Shown one piece after another: positions 13,941-26,300 of a DNA stretch of 64,000 nt. The DNA is taken from contig OZ037766.1 of NCBI GenBank assembly GCA_964035545.1, positions 25,220,139 through 25,284,138 on the forward strand, read 5' to 3'. Every line of letters starts with the position of its first letter. The first letter of the stretch is position 1. The notes below the pieces were generated by a model. It searched no databases. It was not told where the DNA came from and saw only the letters and a program-made list of their open reading frames with translations. The stretch is from Bugula neritina. Taxonomy: Eukaryota > Animalia > Bryozoa. Made by a program: the position numbers and the translations under genes.

Positions 13941-14712
13941 GAGCAGTGTCACTTGCGGTCTATCTGTCAGATTATTTTCGAATTTTATCGAAACAAACCG
14001 ATAACAAGTGTAGCACTTTTTTCAACGATACATAACGAACAAGAGAAAACAACTCATGTAAATAGTACAATTTTATATGCGTATAATGCAATAACGAAAT
14101 ATAATATTATTATGTATACTTCAATTCCTTAGCTTCGTAAACATTGGACCTTAAACTTGTTATTGCTTTATGCAGTATATATTTGTATTTTCATGTAAAA
14201 GATGTTAGCAAGTATGCGTGCATGCATTTCTGTGTAAAAAAAGTAAATTATATGTATAATTTATAGTAAAAGTTATGTAACTTTTTTATTATAAAACTTC
14301 ATTTGTAGTTGAACTTTAAAGACAGCATGGTTTTATTAACAAGTTTTGCTTAGAATAACGAAATTATAGTTAAAGAAATTATCACATTGGTATGTCATAT
14401 TTATAGAAAACTGAGATTAACTCAGTAAATTATTTTTAGTTTAAACAGTAGCTTGAAAATAAACTAAGCACTATAAAAGTGGTTTATACAATGTATAACA
14501 TGGTGAGATTTTACACCTTTTAAAAATCTTAAATTTATATGTATTATTATAGTTGAAAATAAGAAACTATACTTGATTTTTACAACACCTCTGCTTAAGC
14601 ACAAAGTGGTGTTGATGGTATGCCATTTCTCATATTAAGTACATATTATATTATTATCAAATAACTGACATGGCAGAAAAAAGTTTGTTATGATCAAAAA
14701 AATCGCCCATTT

Positions 14713-16961
14713 TCAATATAGTCTCAGTATTAAGATTAAAACAAGAAGTAAACTAAAACTGGCTGCTACTTTCACAGATGTATTGCAATAATCATTTGGA
14801 CAGTGGCAAAAATATACTTTGGTGTTGGAGACCTCCGTAGATTTACATTCATTATCAGCATGCATTCCAGTTTTGGGAGCGCAACTCCTTGATACTAAAA
14901 TATCAAACAAAAACATTAAGTAAATTCTTATAATTTTACAACTTTTGTAGTATCACAAAGAAATCTAGTAAAATATATTTATTTATATGGTAAGTAGCTA
15001 ATCTATGTTTTAATAGTGACAAGCATCTTACTAACACTTTATATGTTACCTAATTACCAGTTACAACATAAAAGTTATTTTAATTATATGCAGTATAATA
15101 GTTACATTGACATTATTCATGTTGGTCATGGCTATGACCATATATAAATATATTTACTTGATATGATGTAGCAATATTTCCATATTGTTCTGTGTCTTAA
15201 ACGTACATTATAAGTTTTACATAACTGTTATATCATAATAATTGTGTATGTAATATATTATATATTACTAACACTATATTGTATAATGGCATCACTCATG
15301 TTCATATAGCACAATTTTGTGAAAATTCCAGGTCACAACATTACATCACAGTAGTGGCAGTACATTTGGGTATAAAGTACCTATCTGGTTTCCTTCTGGA
15401 TCAACATATTTTGACTTCATGCAACCTTTAGTGTGTCCGAATTCCTGACTGCAATCTTTTGTGTGTTGTGCTCTCATGTCATACGAGTAATCATCAACAC
15501 ACATCTCAGCTAGCGCTGATTTCTCCCCGCACACATAACATAATGTGCAGCTGATGCTACCTGCAGCAACATAATAATATTAGGCTACTACATAATTTGT
15601 TATTATTACCTGGTTCCAACATTTTGCTATAATAATCGTTTTAATACATCATCTGCACATCATATGTTATACTATCTACTTTATTACCTTAATTTAATGC
15701 ATAGTGCTCACTGGTATTGAATTATTGAGTTCACAGCACAATGTTTTGTTATGCTATAAGTTGAGTATTAGCTTAAAAATTGCGCAGGGTACCAGAAACA
15801 GTCATAGGCAGCAAGCGGAAGTAGTATTTTAGTTAATGCTAAAATAAGAAGAAAAGCACTCGCGGCTATAGCATTATAAGTGACCTGCAATATGAACTGT
15901 TAAAAACAGAGCCACAAGCTAGCACAAAACCATCAGTTGCCACCATCACATTAATCATTGGACTGCTCCGCTCTTGTTATTCCAGTCATTGCATTATAAC
16001 TAAATATATACTTATATTGTGTTTAATGTCAGTTAATTTTTAAAATTACGTATAAACTATGATTTTTAGAAAAGGGAATTATTTAGAAAATAGTTATGAA
16101 AGGGGGATTTTGTATGAAGCAGGTCAGGAACCACTGATATAAGGTAATAGATGAGAGTTATAGTGTGCTGTTATTTACTTAGCAAACAGTTTCAGAAATC
16201 TACCTGCCAATATACATAAACCATGCATTTGTAGGAGTGTTAGAGGATAGGTTAAGTGGTATAGGTGCAGTAAGAAGGAACAATTTGCAGTAACAATAGA
16301 TACTGTCTATTTTCAAAAGTTGCCCTTATCATCTGGTGTAATTGTTAGTGCATCAAGGAAAAATAAGTGAATCGTAGGTAGTTGCAAAAATACTTCATTT
16401 AGTCGGGAGCACCTAGCCATGGCAGAACATCTTGCCCACCTGGCTACTTTATCAATGATCAACATCTTAGTTGATCAAAGTATTTCTTTTTGAAACAAAC
16501 GATTCATCAAAACATGTTTCATATTACATCAGTTTTGATGTATATGTTGACATTCCAGTCTTTTCGTTTCTAGCAGAAGCAGATAACTATTGCAATGACT
16601 ACACCAGCAGTACTATAGAGAAGTTGAAAAGGCCTGTGTTTAGATGAAATATATAATAAAGGAGGTTACACTCTTGAAGAGTTTCAACTTACACTCCAAA
16701 TCACCTAAATTCATCAAAAGAACTTAGGCTTATTACAACCTGTATGTGATCTCTTTTGGTCATAGCACGAAGAAACCCTTACATGAATTACATCTAGAGT
16801 CTTCATGCAAGGTGAGATGAAAAGAAATGAGAATATCTAGAGTGAGCTGAGTCACAAAATAAATACTTTAATTTTAGTTAAATGTAGCCATTTAAACTTT
16901 AAGTCTTACCAGTAGAATATAAAAGAATGATCAGATTCAGAAACAAGCAGGAGCTGTTCAT
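14713..16961 (-). CDS. Ly6/uPAR three-finger protein, quiver/sleepless-like, probably GPI-anchored (Ly6-1)
   Basis: Exons 16961-16910 (MNSSCLFLNLIILLYST), 15560-15381 and 14894-14713, phase 1 junctions. Ten-Cys LU pattern CYVC..C..C..GCMK..RSC..C..CHCPNDYCN followed by a hydrophobic tail (AASFSLLLVLILILRLY). Confidence 0.88.
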
Positions 16962-18484
16962 CCTATCATCCAAGGATTGACAAATACGACTGAAAGCCAA
17001 GAGTTGTATAATTCAAACTCAAACAGATTTCTTTATCATCACCTTTCAGTTAATTAACCTGAGCAATCCACTTGTCAGAGATCTCTCTTCTCACAAGTTT
17101 GAGGTCAAGACGATATTACAACATCGCACCTTAGTATCCTCGCTTTCCCTTGCAACTAAATATATACCAAATTATTGATTTTATATAGGCAAGCTCTGTA
17201 AATGTTTTACGCAGTCTCAATATAAATAAACGAGAGTAGAGTTACTAGACCTCTAACAGTAATAAATCAATCAAATATACACTGCATCAGCTTGCCGAGC
17301 TGCGCGTCATTTTGTATATGGTGGCAGGATTGTTACATACCTAACACAAAAACTTGCTTTTTCTCAAAGCTCTCCTCTCCCCCTTCAGCTTTTAAACTAT
17401 CATAGCATTATCTGCAGTCTTGTTAAAGATAAAATCAAACTTGAAGTTTGGTCAATCATATATGCATGGCTGTCAATCTTTAAACCAGTAATACCACTTA
17501 TTAATTCTAAGAACTCTTCAGAAATTCTAAGAAATCCTTAAAATTAATTTATGTAAGTACCTAATATGTTGGCTAAGATAAATTGCCCCAATATTGCCAG
17601 GGTGGTTAGTGGCTAAACCTTAAAATTACTAAATTTGCCAGTGACAATTGACTGGTTTTGTAACTTTAACTATAGCATCTCAAACCAGACACACACGCAC
17701 ATACACACGCGCACAGACTTGTTAAAATCTAGGTCAATGACAGCTATATTGTCTTCATATATCATCTTCGAGTTCCCTTAGCTCCCATGATCTACATGTA
17801 TATACCAGTATGCACTATAATAGTAGTTGTTTAATTACTATTGCAATTATGTAACTATATAGTAGGTAATTGTGAGCATTAGTTAGTACTATTTTTTCAA
17901 TATGAGCGTGTATTGTCGAAGTTAAGTGACACTTTGCTCACTTAGGTTTTTAGCTGCTATTTCGTAATATGTAGATTCGATGGTAAATTAGGTCAGTCAA
18001 CCTTATAGATGATTATAATAGACCTCTTTTGGGAAAGGTCATGGTAAGTATTATATATTCATCCTATAAATAAAGTATAATATCTACATATGATTCTTAT
18101 TGTTATAATTAAATAAAGAGTTTAGTTATTTGACAGTTGGATAGTGATGCAATTTTAGAATTGGTTGTTTGGGGAATAATAATAATTAGGTTATGACAGA
18201 ATGTTCTTAAAATGCATTAATCAACAAATTTTATATTTACTTTAAGTTTTACTTTAAAATAATGAGAAATTTAAACTAGACATCATGAATATTTTCAATG
18301 CTTTGAATGATTATGACAAAAGTTATATTATCATCTTTGCAGAATATAAACAGAGATCGAACAGCTATATACTAAAAGTAATTGGAAAACTCAGTTATAA
18401 AGATATACAATACTTATTAAAATATCACCTCAATATCTTAAGGTTTATGAGCATAGGTGATGCGTATATTGTAGTATGTATGTT

Positions 18485-18564
18485 TGTGCATACATTATTT
18501 CATTAATACCATCCCAAGTTAAATATCTAACTTGGGATGGTACTAATGAAAAAATGTATGCACA
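18485..18564. repeat. 80-bp near-perfect palindrome
   Basis: TGTGCATACATTATTTCATTAATACCATCCCAAGTTA-AATATC-TAACTTGGGATGGTACTAATGAAAAAATGTATGCACA; about 3 mismatches. Confidence 0.9.
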
Positions 18565-20452
18565 TCCTTTTCACTACGAGCCAATTGTTCAAATAAATGC
18601 ATTTTAAAGGAAATAATGAGGGGTGAACAAGCCTTGATGAACAGTATAGTAGAGAGTTGTGGTCTGCTAAAGAGGGCAACTCCAAATAATTCAGTCTCGA
18701 AATATATATTGCTGCAAATAAATATGGTTAGCAGAATTGTAGTTATACTTTTTTCTTTAAATACTCATTTTCTAGGTCCTATAGGAGTTATTTTCAGCTA
18801 AAACTTATTAGATACAAAATCATAGAACTGCATATTTTTTGGCAATTTGAAAATGTAGGTAAACTAATAAAATATGTGTTGGTATAATTCTTATACATAT
18901 ATGGTAATTTGCAAAATTAGAATTAGAATTTAATTATATAGCTAATAAACAATTCCATACTTTTTTGGGAATACTTTAACAATATTTACAGAAAACTAAC
19001 ATTATATTAAAACTTGAGCTAGGACATGTTTACTAGTATAAATTCTTGGAAATATAATAGTGACCTAGAGTCTAAAATTATTGTTATAATTAATATTATT
19101 ATAATTGAAGGTGTTATATTCACATGAAATATTTGATTGCATCCATGCATGAAAAATAAAACACTGGGGCTATAGAGGTCGTTGCAGTACTGTGTCAATA
19201 AATATAATAGGTGATCTTATTTATTTTATGCTGCCTCAGAAGGTTTTACCAAAACTCTCATATTATAGCAGTAATGACATTATATTGATGTTTGAAATGT
19301 TATTTCAAAGAAGCTCTTATACTGAATGTACTATATACACTTATAAGATTTAAATCAGACTATCGCAGCCAATAATATTATGATAATTAGGCCACAGTAG
19401 TAAGTACATGTGACACTGACTAAATGATTAACATCATTCATGCAATGAAAACTCGGCGAAAACATTGATGTGAACAATCATGCAGATCAGTAGCACATAC
19501 TAGAGAAAAAACTCACACCCTAGAGGCTATTAATCATTGTATCCTAATTTAGCTGATCCAGACTATTTTGGTAACTAGAAGTAAAGCTAAGCAATGTGAA
19601 ATGAGAAAACAATGTCTGAATTGCTAAAGTTGTGTATAACATTATATAGGATATAGACAGTGAAAAGCTTTTGAGAATATATTTTTTCCTACTGCAAATA
19701 TATCAATTATATTGTTGAGTTCTAAAACAAAAATATTTTTATAAATTTTCCTCAAACTTTACTATATGGGTGTGAATCATAGGTTATATTAAGTCAAAAA
19801 TTCTACCATCGGTCAGTTGTCTTTGAATTGTCCTCCAAATATAATTGATGTGACAATGTTCCTGAAGCAACAATGCTGGAAAACTTGAGGTTTGGGTTGC
19901 TAAAACATCAACTCTGTTTGGCTGGTCACATATAATCTAATAGGGAAAACAAGCATTTACCTATATATACAATGGTTTGTTTGGTGAACTGCTTGACAGA
20001 AAGCAAAACCTGAGTAATATACCTAAAGAGATGCTAATACCAATGTAAACTGCCTCTAAACCACTTGAGTGTGCTTCAAGGTAACTGAACCGAGTTTGCT
20101 TCCAATTGTGTTGCTTGGTGGCAGATTGTAAAACCATTGCTATTGGAAAAACGATCAACAAAAATAATTCCAAACTCGACCAAAATATAGACTCATCACA
20201 TCATTGTGTAAAATTCGGCCACACAATTTGTTTCTCCCAAATTGGGCTAATTGGCCACCAACGTGCTTGTGGGAAAATGGATATGTGTTGTTCATATATT
20301 AGCACTTTTGTTCTTTTACCTCCTATTCAATACATCTTTTGTTCACGTACTTTTGTCTTATCTTTTTTCCTGTTGTAGTTCTTATGTATACTCTTCATTA
20401 ACCTATTTTCAGTGAAGAAGTGTTGCTTTACTAGATAATATTTTAGTATAAT

Positions 20453-20655
20453 GGAGCAGCCGTGGTCTAGGGGTTAAAGCGTTTGCTTTGTGAACACGAA
20501 GTCATATGGGTTCGAACCCGGACAAAGGCCATTGGTGATGTTAGGAAGAGCATTCAGTCATAATTGCTCCTATCCCTCATTTGAACAAGTCCATAGCCCG
20601 TTCTATTAAAAACCCTTTATAACAGGAGTTTCTCACAGGGATAGCGACTATAAAC
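20453..20655 (+). mobile_element. tRNA-derived SINE (family 1, copy 1)
   Basis: A box TGGTCTAGGGG and B box GGTTCGAACCC, followed by a body (GGTGATGTTAGGAAGAGCAT...TCTCACAGGGATAGCGACTATAAAC) shared with 34314-34527 and 48056-48273. Confidence 0.85.
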
Positions 20656-20703
20656 ATATTATCAAAACATAACATTCTAGGATATATGCATATTAGTAAT
20701 ATA

Positions 20704-21088
20704 TGTGCCAGGAATGGTTTAGTGGATTGATTAGCAACAAGCATAAAACAATATCCTTATTCTCTGGATTTATTGCTCTGTCTTTGACTTGTATAACTCT
20801 ATATAAGAAAATAGTTACATGCTGTACAAAAACATATACATAAGTAACTTTCAAATATGCAGTTTCAACCAAAACTTCTAAATTATAACTTAACACCTAC
20901 AAATATCAGCTCCCGTTAACCTTTTTCTGGCAAGTGAAACTATAATAACAATCATAATACAAACTAAAGAGTTTCATGAATTAGCCAAAAAGCAAATACC
21001 ATAACAAAAAGCCAAAACTGCAAAAGCTATCAGCATAATTTCGATCAGTAAAATATTGGCAAACAGCCAAGATTATCTCCCTAGCACA
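20704..21088 (+). mobile_element. Dispersed repeat of about 380 bp, probable MITE (family B, copy 1)
   Basis: Closely similar to 45344-45722 (CCAGGAATGGTTTAGTGGATTGATTAGCAAC...CAGCCAARATTATCTCCCT); short imperfect terminal inverted repeat TGTGCCAGGA / CCCTAGCACA. Confidence 0.7.
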
Positions 21089-21730
21089 ATATTATATACC
21101 AGGTAATCAACTAGTACATAATGTCTTGTTATTCTATATAGTTTATATTCCTATTATATTCCTACTTATTTAATAAAGTGTTTATTGTGCCAATTTTTGG
21201 GGCTATTAATTTTTTCCCTTCCTGCACCTAAATGAAGATCTGGTTCCAGTAAAATTTCCCATCAATTATAATGAACTGCAAACATCTGATAAAATTTAAT
21301 ACAATAGAAGGTATCCAATTTCTAAATTGCTCAAAATATGGTGTTACCTCTAAACAAGTGAATACTTCAAAGCAGAATACAAATGTTTTGAAATGATATA
21401 ATAATTTAATAAATTATTTAATGCTATAGGAACTATATGCACAGTAAAAATGTGGAAAGAGCCAAGGGCTATACCTTGAATAGCAAATATTATAAAGTAT
21501 AAAGTAAGAGTTGTTTGCCTTATAATTAAATGCGTGTACTGGCTAGTTAGCTCAACACTTTATAAGCTATATACAATAGCATTACATTTTTTAATCTTGT
21601 GCTATGACTAATTTTGTTGGTAAATGTGCAAGATATATTACTATTTTGTGATAGTCTACTGTCTTTTTTGCATGAGCAATCATATATTATATCACTAGAG
21701 TTATAGGTTGTATTGCAGCCAGTTTCTGAT

Positions 21731-22033
21731 TGTTGTGTTCTTGTTATTTTGTTGAACAAGAGTAAACAGTAAGATTAAAAACGTATATGTAAGAGTTACT
21801 GTAGAGTAGAATGTATGACTGTATTGTATTGAAGCTAACAAGTAACTGACATTAAAATACATGTAGATAACAAGTGACGGAATAACAACTGGCTTGTATA
21901 TTGGTATATGGCAAAAAACTGTATATAATGAGTTTAAACAAATAGACATTAGAATAAGAGGTAACTCAGTACATAAAATGTGGTATGTCATACAATATGT
22001 CTATGTGGTGTATTGACAAGGCTAGTTCACTAC
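21731..22033 (+). repeat. Left arm of an inverted repeat of about 300 bp
   Basis: Diverged reverse complement of 24704-24992, e.g. AATAGACATTAGAATAAGAGGTAAC vs GTTACCTCTTATTCTAATGTCTATT and TTGACAAGGCTAGTTCACTAC vs GTAGTGAACTAGCCTTGTCAA. Confidence 0.85.
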
Positions 22034-23345
22034 ATATAGGGCTGATCACATCCGATCTGTTTACATGCATCTAGGTTGATATAATATTGCGTCTCTGGTC
22101 CGTTGATCATGTGCCCTTACCTAAAGTCCAAGTTCTTAAGATTTCAGTATTTGCAAAATAATTTCTCGTTCAAAGCCGTTATAAAATTTTTATTTTTAAA
22201 ATTTCTTGTGGCTATATTATATAGGCGCTTCAGGTGTTGTTGGTGACATCGAGCAGCATGTGCCCTATATGTTATTTTGTAGTAGTTATCTTCCCGGTAC
22301 CTGCACTTGGCAAATCAACTTATAATAGACTAACAGCAACAACTCTATTTAAGTACACTATTGAACTTAGTAACTGGTGCGTTGTATTATAATAACCTTC
22401 TATAAATGTACACATTTGTTAACAAATCCCACTGCAGCAACTAATCTATAATCTCCTTCCCCGTAGGCTGCTTATATGTAATTCAGATAATTAAGATTAC
22501 ATTAGTCAATAGCTACTGAATGCTATTCACACTGAAATGAAATATAATATTTTCTAGTTCAATGGAGATTCATTTTTAGTCTGGCCAAGGTCAATACAAG
22601 CAAGGCTAGTATAAATTAACTTATAAAATAGTTAAGCTCAGCTCTCCGCAAGTTTTGTCATTTTTTGATGAAAATTTTGAAAATTTGCTTTCTCGCTGTT
22701 TTTTCATATAATTTTCATTTATGAAATTTTCTGTCAACATTATTTTGTGTTTTTGTGCATTTTGACACTGAATAGCATGCCTGCGCAAATTACATCTGCT
22801 TTATTAGGTTATAAAAGCAATTTTAAACTTTGATTGAAATTGCTTTTATAAAAATTGATCAACTGAGGTTTTTTTAGTCATGTGTAAGCTTTTTAGTAAT
22901 CGCAGGCACATGTAAGAGCAGTGCTAAGACTTAGCAGTACGTCACTTATAGGAATAAACAATGTCCACTTCACCTAAAATCATTAACTTGTTGGCCAATG
23001 ATGGATGAGCAAAAGTCACCCTTATACTGTATTGTAAGAACAGGGAGAGCAACTGTGCTGTTTGACTATTTAGAATAGTAAAAATATTTAATATGTAATT
23101 TAAATACATTTAACATTTTAATAATAATTTTTATTTATTTTTAAAAATTAATTATTTAAAATATTATTACAAAATTTGTGAAATAATAAAAATTTCTTTT
23201 GTTCTACCCCTTTTATATTGTTGTAAATGGTTGGCCATAAAAAGCAACCGCCAAGCCTGTATAATATCTAGCAGGCCATTCCACCTCGAGTAACCAAATT
23301 ATCATCTTCCAACTGTTCTGCGCCATCCACTAACTCTACACGACT

Positions 23346-26300
23346 ATGAAGTATCAGATTTTACTTGCTGTCTTCTCTCTTGGTATGTAAAATATTTAAC
23401 ATGTATGAAAACTATGGGGATAAGATTATAATTATAGTATTATGCTGCATTGTGATCATTATAAAATATCATTATTAATGCAAACATTATATGATTATAT
23501 AGATTAAAATGAAATATATACCTATAATTATATAGATCAACTGCAGAATATAACATTTGATTTAATATAAATGTTGTATAGCAATAATTAGTGAATAATT
23601 AACATTATTTCAACTATCAACATTAATATTATTATCGATGTTCATTTTCATTTTGAGAGAGCAAATTCCATGGAAGGCTTGTAAACACTGAACAGGCAAG
23701 ATGTAATGCACTTACAGTAATACTATTTATGCTGTAGTACTTACTTATAGTTACACTAATAGTAATACCAATACACTTACAGTTAATGTCATTATGGTTA
23801 TTATAATTATTTTATTTTGTTAGCAATTATTATTAAAGGTTTGCCTATTGGCAACCTAACCTCTTACATCACTTGCATTTTTTTTTCAAATTTAGATGTG
23901 GTTGTTGGCCTCTGAATAAACGAATCAAATAAAAATTTGAAAAAGACAAATCTAAACCCTAAAATTATTTGTTTCATCAATAATAACTCGCGCAGAGTTA
24001 TGCAGGATTGATTTACATTACTTCTAGTTCTAGTAGAACTTTATAGCATTAGAAATGTGAAAACATTTTTTCAGGCAAGCTCAAGCTGCTCATGCAGCAA
24101 ATAATCTTGGCTCTCAACTACTGCCACTTGAAGTTGTACAGCCATTATATATGCTAGTGAACATGTTATATAGCAAAATAGCATTGAAGGTGTTGTGTGA
24201 TTCTGTTTAGATGACACAGTGCCCAAGATTTTATAAGCCAAATGGAAAAAATAATACACCAGTGAAAACCGTTCTAGTCTAGTTTACTATAGTCTGATTA
24301 TGAAGTAAAACAATCAAATTCTGACCACAAATATAGAGCCAAGAACAGAAATCTACCACTAACAAGACTTTTTACTTCACTAAATAAAATTTCTAGTTGA
24401 ACAGTTAGGAGACACCTTGGTTTCTGGTTGACCCTAAGCAGTAAGCTCATTGTTAATTTGATATCATTTAAATTATGAATTTACAGATATTTTTCTTGAA
24501 AAAATCTTATAATAATATTATTGTGCATTCAAACCACAATTTGAAGTTAGTAGCTGCAGCGTGCGTAGAAAAGGTTGTGAATGCGGACTAGTTGGTTGTT
24601 AACTGTGACCTACTTCTTTATTCTTTGTTGTTCTAAGAATTTCTTTAGCCATACTTTCACTGCTTACTGACTGGTGCGACCCATGCCTCTTTCATCATGC
24701 TAAGTAGTGAACTAGCCTTGTCAATACACTGCATAGATAATATTATAAAATACCACATTTTATGTTCTGGGTTACCTCTTATTCTAATGTCTATTTGTTC
24801 AAACTCATTATATACAGTTTTTTTATCCTACTAATATACGAAGCCAGTTGTTATTCCGCCACTTTTCATCTACATGTGTTTTTTTATCTTGTTAGCCTCA
24901 ATGCAGTCGTAGATTCTACTATACAGCCCATTTTACTTGTATGTGTAATCTTACTGTTCACTCTTGTTTAACAATATCACGAGAACACAACACATCATAT
25001 CTCACTGGGCAGCTTTCGTAAACTTTCTTATGTGGCTTTCACTAGCCTTGAGAAAGTCCAACGACAAAGCTTTCTGTCTATAAAATATTCCCTTTCTATC
25101 AAACATATTATAGCTTCATATATATAACATATTAACTTTCTATCTATATCATCTTAGCTTCGTATCTATAAAATATTAGCTTCATATCTATAAAATATTA
25201 GCTTTCTATCTATGACACATTAGCTTCCCATCTATAAAATATTAACTTTCTATCTATAACAAATTCCCTTTCTATCTATAACATCTTAGCATAGCCAGTG
25301 GTAATATTCTTCCTCTTTTCACGGCTAAGAACCCTGGCATTCTTATGTGATGACCTCATTTTGCAGCATTTGTTTTAGCTGACCTAAGATATTAAATATG
25401 TTGCATGCATATTTCTAGTGTTAAACATGGCGGTGTCCAACCAGGAACAGTTGCAGCTGCTAGCAACTGATTCACAAAAAATTACGTACACTTCCGTTAT
25501 GTTTAATGCTAGCATTATTTTTATAGCTTCACATAGTTACCTCAGTAAATGCTCAGGTAAATTAAAAGCCAATATTAGGTTAAGTAGCTCTTTACAAATC
25601 TTGATAAACACTAATAAATGATATTCTGCAGTAATTTAATTATAACGTGTAATAATGCCAGCACTCCATGCACTCCAGCACACTTCAACTACCTGAGTTG
25701 GGGAGTACTAGCATCGTAGAGCTACTTTCAAGTGTCCCTGTTATCTCTATTGTTTCATTTTAATCAGCACATCTTTGCCTCACAAATTATTATATATCTT
25801 ACAAATTTTAAGGCAGTTGCTTTATATGTTATATCCATAATTTATTTGGGGATTTATAGCGTATAATTAACTATAATGCATCCATTTGTGCCATTACTAC
25901 CTGTGCCATTTCTTACCTAAAGTCATCAACTCCAGCTGAAGATATCAATTTAGTGATACTATGGTACTATAAATATATATATGTATATATACTGTATATA
26001 TACAGTATATATATACTGTATATATGCTGTATATATACTGTATATATGCTGTATATATACAGTATATATACTGTATATATACTGTATATATGCTGTATAT
26101 ATACTGTATATATACAGTATATATGCTGTATATATACTGTATATATACTGTATATATACTGTATATATACTGTATATATACTGTATATATTGACTTAACA
26201 GGCAAGGAACTTGTCACGTATAGCAGCTGACTTATATAGCTTACAGCTGTAGGTCAATGGCCATTAATTAGGCTGTTAGTTGAAAATAAATGTCCGCACA

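Noticed and set aside
20453-20531. Possible functional tRNA gene
   Set aside because: No proper acceptor stem, and it continues into a body shared by three copies, two with TSDs, so it is a SINE head.
25945-26230. Y/I/C-rich ORFs in several frames
   Set aside because: 11-bp minisatellite; the same applies to the (TA)n ORFs at 30377-30624.
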